Shown here piece by piece: positions 1 to 14,019 of a DNA stretch of 64,000 nt; positions within the stretch are counted from its first letter, which is position 1, and every line of letters starts with the position of its first letter. The DNA is from Eledone cirrhosa (lineage: Eukaryota), in assembly GCA_964016885.1 (NCBI GenBank), contig OZ024749.1:25916001-25980000 (forward strand), in the 5' to 3' direction. The notes beneath the pieces are model-generated. The model was not told the DNA's origin, did no database searches, and saw nothing but the letters and a program-made list of their open reading frames with translations. Both the position numbers and the translations under genes were made by a program.

Positions 1-2060
1 CGTCCTCATATGCTGACACGGATCTTCCGCATCCTAGTTCGCGCGGGACCCCCCTCAACGTCTCCAGTTTGTGCAGTAATGGCTCGAGAGTCAATACGTA
101 CAAGAGGGACGAGAGGGGACATCCTTGGCGGACCGAGCGCATGATGTTGAACGGTTCCGAAAGGTGACCGTTCACTCTCACCACAGAGCAGATGTCGCTG
201 TGCATGGCAGCGATCCAGCCTCTGAAGACGGGCCCAAAGCCAGCCGTCCTCAGAACTGCCGCTAGGTAACGATGGTCGACCCTATCGAAAACTTTCGACT
301 GATCTAAATTGATCAAGGACCCACCCGTGCCAGGTTCCCTAGCTACATCCTCTACGATGTATCGCATGAAGTGGAGGTTGTCGTGGATGGATCTGTCTGG
401 AATCGCGCATGTCTGCGCCTCTCCCACCAAACCACCAACGACAAGCGCCAACCTCTTTGCTAGCACCTTGGCCAAAATCTTGAACTCTGTGTTTAGCAGA
501 GTTATGGGCCTGAAATTATCTATGTTATCCCCCTTGTTCGGATCATTTCTCAGCAGCGCCACAGCTCCTCGACTCACAGAGCTGGGAATTCTCCCGTTCT
601 GTTGCCAGTTGCAGTAGACGTCCGCCAAGAGGCCTCCGAACAAGTCTGGCATATGTACGTAAAGTTCATAGGGCAGACCATCCAAACCAGGCGATTTACC
701 CCTTGTGCAGCCAGTCATTTCCTCCCGTACTTCAGCGGCTGTTATCGGCTTTTCGCAACACTCCGCCTCAGTGGCCGAGAGCCGCGGCAGTCCGTCGAGG
801 TAGACACTAAAGTTCATCCCTCGATCCGGCCCGCCGCTTCTCCCGAACAGCTGTGCGAAGTGTCGCTGAAAAGCTTCACACATTTGCCCGGGATCGAGTA
901 GCATGCGCCCGTCGTGGTCCACCAAAGACCGGATCGTGGCTTTGTTGCCACGAAGCGCCTCCGCCACTCGGTCCCATTGAACGGCTTTCTACCCTCGTGT
1001 CTGAGAGCACGCACCCTAGCTCTGACAACGCAGCCTTCGTGCTTTGCATTGAAGAATTGGTCAAGGGCCAATTTCGCCGCAAGTACGTCGGACGCGATGC
1101 CTTTGCTAAGCGCCTCGTCTAATTTTCTAACTAATTCTCCCTCTGCTCTATTTTTCTCTATTGCTAAAGCCTTACTAAACCTAATGGACTCTATTCTAAT
1201 TGCTCTTTTCAGAGCAAACAACCACTTGTTGTTGACGATGGCCCCCGTCAACGCTCGCTTAACTAGTTCGCTAATCCGGTCTCTGTAGGCCTTGCACGCT
1301 GGTAAGGACGCGTTTAGCTTCCAGTAGCCGGGTCCTCGTCTATGAAGCCTATCTAAGTCAAGCACACAGATCACGAATTTGTGGTCCGTGTAGCTGACTA
1401 TCTTGAATTGTGGACAGCCTATACTAGACCTATCTATTTCCCTACAAAATACTCTATCTAGATCTGATCTGGATGACCCTCTACGATATGTCCAAGTCCA
1501 CATTGGCACATTCGGGAAAACCAATCGGTACCTGTCAGACAGTTCAAAACGCCTGAGAAGTTTGTGAGACTCTTGCACCCTCCTCCCCTATCCATTAACC
1601 CCACACAGTCCCAGCGTACATCTAAGATCCCGTTCCAGTCGCCCACTAACACTAAAGAGCGGGACGTTCCAAGAAAGGTCTCCAGACGCCGGAAGAAATC
1701 AGGCCGCCCTGTTCCTGTCGGGGCATAGACGGCCACTAATCTGAAAGCTTGCCCGTCTCCGCTGATCACGTCCAGCACCACTAACTTACCTTCTGGGTCC
1801 AGGAAGATGGCCCGTATGGCAAGATCCAAACCTCTCCGAAAAAGCACAGCAACTCCTCCCCCCGATCCCGGACGGCTGGGAGATGCGTACACATCGTAGC
1901 CGCCGAAGATCGGTGCGAAGGCCCGTGCTTCGAAGATTCTGGTCTCGCTGATGGCCACTACATCTATGTTTAGTGACCTGAGGTCGTTGAGCAGGTGGCC
2001 CTGCTTCCATGACGACCCCAAGCCACGCGCATTTATGCTGCCTATTCTGAGTGAGCTCAT
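1..2060 (-). pseudogene. LINE ORF2 (APE endonuclease + reverse transcriptase), frameshifted near 1560 and 990, runs off window start
   Basis: APE motifs SINARGL, ISET, VYAP, VGDWN, SDLDRVF, YTDH and the L1/Tx1 GYWKLN linker. RT motifs KSPGLDG, FRPITLLNTEFKILAK, LDQSKVFDRV, VRQGCPLS, and AYED(D) at nt 13-1. Confidence 0.92.
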
Positions 2061-2095
2061 GTTTAAAATGGAGTGGAAAAGATGGGAAAGACCAC

Positions 2096-4204
2096 TTACC
2101 GTACCTTTCGTAGAGGAAGGATGGTTTCTCCATCCCTTTTCACTTGATCGTCTGGTGAAGAGACCGTTGAATCGTCCCTTCGGCTGGTCGTCGGCTCTTC
2201 TATGAGTATGTCCGAATATACTCTTCGGTTGAGAGTCCCTCCTACGTCTCTGAAATCACCAACTGCGTTGGGGAATTTCGTTTTAATGTTTGTGTATTGT
2301 TTCTGTGCTATTTTTACCAGTCTTATGTTCGTTGGTGTTTTGATTGGTGCTGGTATTATGTAGTCGTGCTGTGAAATGTCTGTGTGTTCAATTATGTAAG
2401 TCATTAGTTTCTTGTTGTGTGTATTTATTGCCGTGCATTTGTTTTACTGGGGGGGGGGTCTGCTATTTTCTTGTCGTTGCTGGGTGTGTGTGTTTTGTTG
2501 TTGTGTTTGCGATGTTGGTGCTTGTGGTGTTGGTGTTGAAGGTGTTGTTGTTGTTGTTGGCAGTGTGGTTGTCGCCGGTGGTGATGGTGGTGCTAGTGTG
2601 GGTGGTGATGGTGTTGGTGGTGTTGCTGCTGTGAGTCTCTTTGCAGTAGCCTTTAACCTTTTTTCATTTCTTTCCTCCCTTTTCGAAGGCGACGATGCGC
2701 TGCTTCTGCGTTTGTGCCTTCTTGCAACCTTTTGCCATCCCTCTTCCATCTCACACTCCATGTCTGATTCTGTGAGGTCGGGGAGGGGTACCAGCCCCAC
2801 TCTTTCACTTGTTGTTGTTGGTGATGTTTGCAGTGGAGTCTCTGTTGGAGCTGCAGTTGGTATTACTGTTGTTGTTAATACTTCCACTGCTTCTGCTGTT
2901 CTTGATTTCCGTGGCGTGGGTATGGGTGCCACGGGCCTATCGTTCTTGATTGCCGCTTGTCCTGTTGCTGGTAGCCGTGGAGCCGGTTTCGGAAGGAGGG
3001 GGGTTTTCTCCTTTCTCAGGGTCTTCTCGTTGCAGAAGGCCCTGAGGTGAGTCTTCGATCCACAGCGAAAGCATTTCGGGCGTTTGCCCTCAACACTTAC
3101 GGGCAGTTGAGTGCCGTTATCGAAGTCTATCACATCCGGGATAGCTTCGATACATTCCTGGTTGGTTTGGATTAACATCTCAATGGAGTTGCCGACCCAA
3201 TCTTCTCTTACTTTTTTCTGTACTTGCAGTACAGTTGTTTTGTCCTCGATTCCGACGAGGACAGACGCGGCCAGCCAAGAAGGGGCCATCCCGGGGAGGA
3301 CGTGGGTCAGTTTGACCCTCACAATTTTTTGCCCGAAATAGGAGGGCACCAACACCATTTCCTCGCTCCTTAGAGTCACTAAGGATTGAGCCTTTGCCTC
3401 CTGGGGTGTGGCAAAAAGCACGTCTACGGTGGCATATTTCTTGCCTCGGGTGATGTGCGTTTTCCGCTGCCACACAGACCCTAAGGCTTTTTTGTATTTG
3501 AGCCTCTGTGGCTCTTTTAACCCTACGGGATTTTGTGCTTTCTGTACGGTACGTGACCGTACAGTGCTGTTGGGTTTCGAAACATTTTTCGGCTGCCTTG
3601 CAGATTGCTCGGTGTCCGGTTTTCGTCACCATCTTCTTCGCTTCCTCTAATTCCTCATTTGTTATGAGGATGGTTTCCTGGTTCTTTGCGATACCTGCAA
3701 ACCAGATTGGTTTTGCTTTGCTGCTGTTGTTGTTGTTGTTGTCTTCACAGTTGCTATTACTTTTGTTGTTGCTGCAGGTACTACGACTACTGCCGCCGCG
3801 CTGTTGATGTGGCTGTTGTTGTTGTTGTTGCTGCTGCTGCTGTTGTTGTTGCTGTGGCTGCTAATGCTGTTGTTGTTTATGCTGCTGCTAATGCTGTTGC
3901 GGCTGCTACAGTTGCTTTCCTTGTCACTGTTGCTGCTGCTGCTGTTATTACGACTGCTTGTGCTATTATTCATGACGTCAGACGAATGAAATGGGTTTCC
4001 GTATTTCCCGCACATCTTTTTCGTCGTTGTCGTCGTCGTCGTGGAGAAATGTTGCTCGCTTTGCACGTGATTTTTCTTTACTGGCGTCGCTTGTGAAAGA
4101 GAAGGGAGGGAGAGAGACAATCTTCTCTCTGCTGTAGTGACGATTGAGGAAGAAGAAGACGGAATGAGTGGGAGTGACCTATGGAAATTCTTTTTCGTAG
4201 CCAT
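2096..4204 (-). pseudogene. LINE ORF1 (gag-like, CX2CX4HX4C zinc knuckle, low-complexity N/S and T/P tracts), frameshifted
   Basis: CFRCGSKTHLRAFC at about 3032-3073 in ORF 2444..3475. Upstream pieces MATKKNF... (ATG 4204) and MVTKTGHR... join through apparent slips, one in the A-run near 3490. The C-terminal piece 2096..2404 follows a homopolymer run near 2450. Ends are approximate. Confidence 0.75.
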
Positions 4205-4398
4205 GTTTTTTTTTTGTTTAAAATAAATATTGGGCACAAAACCCCGAAGGGCCAAATAACGGGCAGAAAGACCCCTCTCACGAGGAGGAGGGTGTTTTTG
4301 TCTACAATTTGGTTAAAGTTTTAAACAATTTACAATTGTTATAGCGGTCAATATTTACAATACCTTACAGAGCCGAGCCTCCGTCAACCATAGCATTC

Positions 4399-4442
<44 letters not shown>

Positions 4443-4493
4443 GAAGAAGAAGAAGAAGAAGAAGAAGAAGAAGAAGAAGAGAAGAAGAAGAAG
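4399..4493. repeat. (AAT)n followed by (AAG)n microsatellite, the tail of the adjacent minus-strand SINE
   Basis: Direct reading of the sequence. Confidence 0.95.
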
Positions 4494-4494
4494 A

Positions 4495-4590
4495 ATGGTT
4501 TCTGATTTAGGCACAAGGCCAACAATTTTGCGGGGGAGGAAATATTAAATCAACTCCAGTTCTTTCTAATACTTTATTTATCGACCCTCT
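4495..4590 (-). mobile_element. SINE family A, 3' fragment
   Basis: Reverse complement of the ggccttgtgcctaaa...gaaac tail and gtcgataaa...aaagt core. Confidence 0.7.
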
Positions 4591-5060
4591 ACGAACGGCT
4601 GAAATGCGAAGTTGCTCTCCAGAAAGCCGGAAAGGCAAAAATGACCGAATGAGCCGATTTTTATATTAATTTACATGCAAGGAAATTGGTAAAATTGATG
4701 ACATTTCCCCTAGTATTTAAATGGTACTTTATTTTACGTAAAATATAACGGCATCTATATAATCTCGCTATATATATAAGTAATATGCTGGCAGAGAGGA
4801 ACCACTACTAGCGATGGTAAAAAAAACGGAAGTGTTGTACGTACGGTTATATAACGCGCCACATCACACTGTCCAAAATAATCCTTCAGGAAACAGTCGA
4901 GGGAGGGCAAAAAAGAGGCAGACAAATAAATTCCTCGTCCGTCTACATAAAAGATTGGACTGGTCAAAACACCAAGACACTTCTACGCATCACGGAGAAT
5001 AGAGACCAATGGTTACTTTCCCCTCCCCGTAAATTACTATACTAGAAATCATTATCATTA

Positions 5061-5252
5061 GTGGATTGGCAGTATCGGTAGAGGGTCGGACGCCATGCTT
5101 TCCACCATAGTTACGTCCCTTTACGATCTGAGTTCAAATCCCGCCGAGGATGACTTTGCTTTCATCCTTACGGGGTCGATAAAATAAAGTACCAGTAATG
5201 TACTGGGTATTGCTGGCCTTGTGCCTAAAGTAGAAACAATTATTATTATTAT
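5061..5252 (+). mobile_element. tRNA-derived SINE family A (B-box GAGTTCAAATCC; central ctttcatccttacggggtcgataaaataaagtacc, resembling the Meta-SINE domain)
   Basis: A-box-like tggcagtatcgg, B-box, conserved core and (TTA)n tail; about 16 dispersed copies in the window. Confidence 0.85.
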
Positions 5253-5471
5253 TGTTGTTGTTGTTATAAGTACAAATTGAAATCTAAGCAAAAAATATTC
5301 TGCTTTAACCCTATTATGGGATCTTCCGAAACCCGTAAACAGGGTGAAAGCAGTGATTCTTTGCTTAAATTTTAACCCGGACTTATATTAGATATTTACT
5401 CTACGAGTTTATATATATACTTTACTATATATATATACATGCCTTATTGAGCCCTCTTCAAATTTTAGTCT

Positions 5472-5528
<57 letters not shown>

Positions 5529-5586
5529 TATACATATATATATTTATTTGATATTTAATATTATCCAATATTATTTAATAAAGAAA

Positions 5587-5750
5587 GGATTGGACGCCAT
5601 GCTTTCTAGCATAGTTACGTCCCTTTACAGTCTGAGTTCAAATCCCGCCGAGGTATACTTTGCCTTTCATACTTACGGGGTCGATAAAATAAAGTACCAC
5701 TAATGTACTGGTTAATTGCTGGCCTTGTGCCTAAAGTAGAAACAATTATT
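5587..5750 (+). mobile_element. SINE family A copy
   Basis: Near repeat of 5061-5252. Confidence 0.85.
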
Positions 5751-6253
5751 TAATATAGAAAGGGCGTCTACACGACTAGAACTGAGGAGGACCGGGATAA
5801 ACATATAGAATGACCTGTTATTTTTATCTAAAGACATATTTTCCAATTCCAACCCGCCCGTCCCCTCAATCTATCTTATATCGCATTCTTTATGCACATT
5901 CTTTATTAACAACCTCTTCCTCCTATATCAAGCGTTAAACTAATATATCCCTTCCATATACTAAACCGATTGTGTTGTTATTTCTGTTTACATTTTACAA
6001 CCAGTTAAGATATAACGTACTGACAACATTGGTGACCTAGTTTAAATTAAACTTAGCACCAAATGCATTGGACAGTGGGTTATAATTGGTTCTCTCCTAT
6101 GTACTAGGTTCAGTAATAAGATTCGAAGTTATTTTATCACTCATAGAAGGAAGACATAAAAAATTTACTATTGCCGAAGCAGGTGTCAGAAACTGAAATA
6201 TTTCTTATTTTATTATACATTCAGGATGTGTTATTCGGTACAATATATTTATA

Positions 6254-6285
<32 letters not shown>

Positions 6286-6288
6286 CAT

Positions 6289-6371
<83 letters not shown>

Positions 6372-6394
6372 TATATACACATACATACACATAG

Positions 6395-6435
<41 letters not shown>

Positions 6436-6438
6436 CAT

Positions 6439-6495
<57 letters not shown>

Positions 6496-6538
6496 GATAT
6501 ATATATATATACGTATATATATATTTACGTATATATAC

Positions 6539-6606
<68 letters not shown>

Positions 6607-6671
6607 ATATATATATGTGTGTGTGTGTGCGTGCGTGTGTGTGTATGTATGTATGTATGTATGTATGTATG

Positions 6672-6719
<48 letters not shown>

Positions 6720-6774
6720 AGTTACATACTGAACATTTCAATGTTCAGTATTCAATTGTGTATATTCAATTGTG

Positions 6775-6925
6775 AAGGCGCATGGCTGAGTGGTTAGAGC
6801 ATTGGGCTTGCAATCGAAAGGTTGGGAGTTCAATTTTCGGACCGCATGATGTGTTGTTTCCTTGAACCAGACACTTTATTTAAACGTTGCTCCAGTTTAC
6901 TCAGCTGTAGAAATGAGTTGATAGG
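6775..6925 (+). mobile_element. tRNA-derived CORE-like SINE (family B)
   Basis: tRNA-like head tggctgagtggttagagc...gagttcaatt, then ccttgaaccagacacttta...ctcagctgtagaaatgagt. Confidence 0.7.
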
Positions 6926-7149
6926 ACTGGGGTCCCTATCATTGAATCACCCAAGACACCGCCGCCGAGATATAACCTAGGGGAGGCCAACTAAACCTGC
7001 ATAGGTGTGAGCTGTCACACACACACATATATATGTGTGTATGTATATATGTCGTTACATACTGAGTATTTCAAGGTCAATTATCAAAATCGTGTGGTTG
7101 ACATCTGTTATGTTAAAATCGGCTGTTTCTAAATCAACCAGTTTTCTGT

Positions 7150-7425
7150 GGAGGTACGTGGCCTAGTAGTAAGGCTGTCGAACTTACGATCATAATGTCG
7201 TGGGTTCGATTCCTGGGCTGGGTTGCTTGTTGTGTTCTTGAGCAAAACACTTCATTTCACGTTGCTCCAGTATAATCAGCTGAAAATGAGTACCAGTAAT
7301 AGGTGGGGGTTTTATCCTGCGACTGAGTGACGTCCTCGGGTGAGTCTTGTACACTCAGTCGCTTCCCACCATGAAACTGGGATAAGCACCGGCCAAATGA
7401 GCCTTCTGACTTAAGATAGGCTTTA
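7150..7425 (+). mobile_element. tRNA-derived CORE-like SINE (family B) with V-SINE-like 3' domain
   Basis: gtggcctagtagtaagg...gggttcgattcc head; cttgagcaaaacacttca core; cctgcgact...gaaactgggataagcaccggcc tail, also seen at 53770-53930. Confidence 0.75.
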
Positions 7426-7480
7426 GAATATATATATATATATATATAGCACACGGGAGTTTATTTGTCACTTATATAAT

Positions 7481-7580
7481 TGTTTCTACTTTTGGCACAA
7501 GGCCAGCAATTATCCCAGTGCATTACTGGTACCTTATTTTATCGATCCCGTAAGGATGAAAGGTAAAGTTAAGCTCGATG
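7481..7580 (-). mobile_element. SINE family A, 3' half
   Basis: Reverse complement of the core and tail. Confidence 0.8.
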
Positions 7581-7758
7581 AGGAACATTTCAATGACATC
7601 TATCAAAATCACAGAACGATATAAATATAGAATAACTCCAGTGGTTAGAGTACCAATAAAGCCTACTAATTGCAAGAGAACCTCTCTCGCATCTACACCC
7701 TACCAGCAGTTTCTCGTACCAAGAGACATTACTGACCGTCTTAATATATTATGACAAA

Positions 7759-7792
<34 letters not shown>

Positions 7793-8046
7793 ATTTTTTT
7801 CAACACGCTGACAAGTATGTGTATATGTGTGTGCATGTGTGTGCATGTGTGTGCATGTGTGTATGTGCATATGCATACATTTATATGTATGAGTATATAA
7901 ATATAAACGCGCAAACACAGACACACACACAAAAATACACTCACAGACATACATTCACATACACACACATACAGACATACATTTACACAAACACAAACAC
8001 ACATAAACTTACACAGCGTAGCAAACGTAACGACAGACACTGTTTT

Positions 8047-8645
8047 GATGCATATCAATGCTAGCAAATATTTGCTAGCATTGATATGCATCTGTATGTA
8101 TATATATGTTACTAGATATTAATTCTTTATAATTATCTCCAAATTATTTGTCGAGCAATATTGGTCATGACTGCTGCTATGGTAGCAGGCCGCTGTCTTA
8201 TTAGCAAACCACTTTCCACTGATTGACCTCGATGTCACTTGATTGATTCTTTTTGAATTTGCCACCGTCGCAGAGGCAGTGATTTTCTCAATGGCTAGGA
8301 ATTCAGTCCACGCTTTGCTATTTCCTATCCACTGAATTATTTTTTAATAAGTTTCCAGTGTCCACGCTTTGCCTGGATACTTAGATGAGAATAGACCTCC
8401 CTGACGACGGAATGGTTCTATGTATCTTCTTCGGAAAATATATTTATTCCATTCCAGAAACTAATTAGTTGGAAGTGATATTTTAGTAAGTAAGTAAATT
8501 TTATAATTTTATAATTTTATAATTTCTATCATATTATTGTTCTGCAACCCCATGCATTGAACCACAAAGTTACTAAGACAAAATCTATATATTTGCTAGC
8601 ATTGATATTCATCTGTATGTATATATATGTTACTAGATATTAATT

Positions 8646-8652
<7 letters not shown>
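8047..8652. repeat. Element opening with a perfect 46-bp palindrome (8047-8092), with a terminal direct repeat (about 8069-8132 and 8590-8652) and a degenerate HHR-like core (8401-8437)
   Basis: gatgcatatcaatgctagcaaat|atttgctagcattgatatgcatc; duplicated atttgctagcattgat...attaattctttata; CTGACGA...GAAA between the repeats. Confidence 0.65.
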
Positions 8653-8731
<79 letters not shown>

Positions 8732-9305
8732 ATATTCATATATAATCTCCCATAAGGTTGAGATGCAATTTAGGCAATATTAGGCTGCGCTTTCTAACAA
8801 CCAGCCCACTCGCCGTAAGGCACCAATCACATTCTTTCTGACTTGACCACTTCCACGTCAAAGTTCTTAGCCATTTTGAATTCGTTTCTGGTGGGGATCA
8901 TTTAAGAGAAATCTTCGTCCAAATGAGTTTGTTTCCTGATGATTTCGAAGCTCGAGAATGTATCCTTGATCGGATATTTCCGAAAGCGAATGAAACCATA
9001 AAAGGTAGAAACGTAATCCTGGTATGTTTATATGCATTTTTTCTTCTAACTTTAATTTTATACCTAATTGTGTATGGTTGACGATATATTTAATCGATTT
9101 CCACGTGCTATTGAAATGGTGGGTAAATATTCTATAGCTGTTGATCGCGAATAGATGGCTGTCGTTTATTTATCTATTATTTCTTCATAGGTGCCTTTTA
9201 ATCTTATAGCCTGGTTTAATTGGTTTTTTATGTGGTTGATTATGTTGATTGGGAGAGGAAATGGTGTTTATATCTTATCATATAATTCTATGGACATAAT
9301 TTATA

Positions 9306-9945
<640 letters not shown>

Positions 9946-10187
9946 TATATATATTGCTTTCCCTACGATTCTACGAATTCTCAGCTCCCTACCCTCCATT
10001 TTCCATCCCATATTTATACGCTATGAATAACAATATATATGTATGTATATGTACATATATGTATGATGAATGGTAGCAGTCATGCCTTGCCAACAATAAC
10101 CAGAAGCACTACCCCCACACACAAACGGACACACACACACACGTTCATATATACATATATATATATATATAAATATATACACATATG

Positions 10188-10287
<100 letters not shown>

Positions 10288-10921
10288 TATATATAAATAC
10301 ACAGTCACTTAAGAAAGTCAATAAGCTTGCAGCTGTTAAACTGCCTCTCGATGTTCAGAGTACACCCATAATAGTTATATAGTGAGTACAGTGACAGAGT
10401 TTTGGTAAAGGTACGTCAAGCATCTAACACTTGGAAACATTCCGTTTCTGTGCAATATTAGGTATTTCGCAGTTATTGAAACTGCAGTGTGCAGAAATTA
10501 CGTAGTGTCAGTAGATATTATCAATAGGCCTTTTACATTTCTTCAGCAGGAAATGGCCATATTCGATACATAGTTTTTAAGGTGTGCATGATTCTGCGTT
10601 CTTCTGTGTTCGCAAATCTATAAGTCACACGCTATAGTAACACGTGGCCACAAAAATAGAGGAATACCATTCTGACCGATTGTGTGTGTGTGTGTGTGTG
10701 TGTATGTGTGTATGTGTGTATGTGTGTATGTGTGTGTGTGTATATGTGTGTGTGCATTTATGTATCTATATGTGTGTGTTTGTGTACATTTATTCACAAG
10801 CATAATGGCATTATTCCCTCTTTCCTTTTTTAATCCAAACAAACCGATTAAATGTCTCTCTCTCTATCTCTCTCTCCCTCCTTCTCCTTCTCTCGCTCAT
10901 CTTATCTTTCACTCTCTCAGT

Positions 10922-11003
<82 letters not shown>

Positions 11004-11503
11004 TCTTTCTCTCTTCACAACCAGCACTGATATCAGAAACAAAACGAATGTGTATTTGACAAACGGCAGTTTTGCAAGTTAGCGCCAATCAATCATAGAG
11101 CTGGAGAAATTCTACTAAGACCATTCTAAGATTCTATAGACCATTTCTACATGACCAGACATACCAAACACCATTAATCTTGATCCGATGTACTAGATGG
11201 GACACAACTTTCTATTGATTTGGCATTACTAGCCGAATGACCCGTCAACACATTTTCATTCATTTAAGCATCTATTCTTCTTCTTCTTCTTCTTCTTCTT
11301 CTTCTTCTTCTTCTTCACAATTGTCTCCTCTCCTTCGGCTATTACTACTATTAATACTACTGCTAACACCACTACTGCTGCTGCGACTCGTACTGTGTGA
11401 TCAGGTATGATACGTCACTCCCATTACAAACACATTCACAAACACATACATATATATGTGTGTATGTGTGTGTATGTGGTGAGTGTCAGTGTTTGTGTAT
11501 CTA

Positions 11504-11540
<37 letters not shown>

Positions 11541-11542
<2 letters not shown>

Positions 11543-11758
11543 CGAAGGAAATGTGGTAAGGAACCAGGTGGACTATAACGCACCAAAGTACTCAATACTT
11601 AGGGTAGTAGAGTGGGTAATAGGAAGAAGTAGGACCCCGACGGCTGAGCTCAAGCCGTTTCGACGGCTAATTCTGGACTAAGTATATACATATATATATT
11701 TTAGTCCAGAATTAGCCGTCGAAACGGCTTGAGCTCAGCCGTCGGGGTCCTACTCGTT

Positions 11759-11761
<3 letters not shown>
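11541..11761. repeat. Fold-back repeat family E (HHR 3'-half GAAA-cggct...agccg-TC on both arms) in (TA)n
   Basis: Arms 11541-11681 and 11701-11761 are inverted; same family at 20308-20498, 37798-37913, 47140-47195 and 47814-47943. Confidence 0.85.
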
Positions 11762-11841
<80 letters not shown>

Positions 11842-12044
11842 GGATACACAAGAGAATGTGTTTTCAATTATAGGGGCTATATATAAAACCACTAGCGTGA
11901 ACCACATATGGGCTTCGAAAGTTTTGGGAAATACGTTAAAATTAAAAGGTTAAATTAAAATGAAATAAGCCGAGTCCTTTTCGCCGTTGCTTTATTTGAT
12001 ATATATATATATTCGTGTGTATATATATATATATATATATATAT

Positions 12045-12255
12045 TATAAAATAACAGGAGGCTGGACTGGTGTAATTCCTTAAAGGTTTATTATACTATG
12101 AACATTTTAATACCTGGGTTCAGTATGAATCCGGTGACATCATCAGGTATTCGAAATTTAACAAAGGAATATAATCCATGGGGCTCAAAAGGCAGAGTGA
12201 CAAGAAGGCAGCTACACATTTAGCCGTTTCTAGTCCGGTCGGCAGCCCACAAGTA
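12045..12255 (-). mobile_element. HHR-bearing repeat family C copy (GAAA mutated to AAAA)
   Basis: Homologous to 38027-38410 and 56371-56880; CTGATGA on the minus strand at 12146-12140. Confidence 0.8.
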
Positions 12256-12276
12256 TATATCTATATATATATATAC

Positions 12277-12336
<60 letters not shown>

Positions 12337-12686
12337 GTTTGGCTGTGAGGATTTCTATGTCCATGTGAATATAAATATTGTTATACTCTTGGAGGGACGG
12401 GTTGTCAGTAAAGACACACTCAAAGACACACTCGCATGTTGGATTTCACTTCAATATATTACAAACTCACAGTCGGTTAATTTAATAACTGGATTGTTGT
12501 TTATTTGCTGAATCTCAAAGGTCTTTCGTCACACAATCTGGGACCTTCCCAGTGACTACTTTAGTTGTTATATTGTCTTCGTTCAGCCTATTACAGGATC
12601 TTCCGTAATAGGGTGAAACTTAAAATTATTTACTTAAACTTTAATGTGTACTAATACTATAAGTCTGTTCTAGGGATTCTTATATA

Positions 12687-12736
<50 letters not shown>

Positions 12737-12782
12737 CCTTATCGAGCCCTCCTCGGATTTTAGTGTTCGTATTTATTATTAC

Positions 12783-12814
<32 letters not shown>

Positions 12815-13158
12815 TCATGAAAACGATATGGTATCACATGAATAATGTGTCTTGAAGACCACAGCATAATATCATACATTCTTGTCATATTTAGATGAAG
12901 ATGATTCCTTTTGTATTCCACAAGAAGTTGCACAAGATATTTATTAGTTTTATATAAAGTAAACATTACTATTGGAAGAACGCTGTTTTAATTCTACGAA
13001 AATAGTTTATTCCTGTAAAGCTACGATTCTTTGGAGTAAAATTACACGTTGTTAATGTATTCTAATATATACAAATATATATATATATATATATGTCTGT
13101 GTATATATAGGTATATATATGCATATATATATATATATATATATATATGTGTATATAT

Positions 13159-13214
<56 letters not shown>

Positions 13215-13264
13215 GTGTGTGTGTGTGTGCATATATATAGGTATATATATACATATATATGTAT

Positions 13265-13315
<51 letters not shown>

Positions 13316-13332
13316 TATGTCTGTATATATAT

Positions 13333-13381
<49 letters not shown>

Positions 13382-13390
13382 GTATATATG

Positions 13391-13428
<38 letters not shown>

Positions 13429-13436
13429 TATATATA

Positions 13437-13542
<106 letters not shown>

Positions 13543-13767
13543 CATATATATATATATACAGAATCTATATTATGACATGCTAGTGTCGTTATTACTTCAA
13601 AGACTCTCTGAATAGATCTATTTTGGTAATTTTAGTGGGATGCCAGTGCTAGTCTAAAATGTCAAATGTGATATCTTCATATGTCAAGTCTTTTTTGTAT
13701 TTTCATATTTTGCTAAATCTAAGCATACATATTTATATATACACACAGACTCACAGACATACGCATA

Positions 13768-13853
<86 letters not shown>

Positions 13854-13982
13854 AAGGGAGACAGAGATACACATATATAGATAGATATACGTATCTATAA
13901 GTACACACATCTATAGATATATATGTGTGTGTGTGTATGTGTGTGTGTGCATACATACATATACATAGATAAAAGGTACATA

Positions 13983-14019
<37 letters not shown>

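Larger units (their letters stand above)
1..4398 (-). mobile_element. L1/Tx1-clade non-LTR retrotransposon, 5' portion (3' end lies beyond window start), disrupted by frameshifts
   Basis: 5' UTR, ORF1 with a CCHC knuckle, then ORF2 with APE endonuclease and RT motifs, all collinear on the minus strand; GC-rich relative to the flank; 5' end abuts (TTA)n. Confidence 0.93.

Noticed and set aside
309-3989. Plus-strand ORFs overlapping the LINE
   Set aside because: Antisense shadows of the GC-rich ORF1 and ORF2.
5061-7300. tRNA genes (A/B-box motifs)
   Set aside because: No full cloverleaf, and each is followed by a SINE core and tail, so these are SINE heads.
8935-9000. CTGATGA...GAAA at 8936
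   Set aside because: No convincing helix I or III pairing; lies inside the candidate exon.
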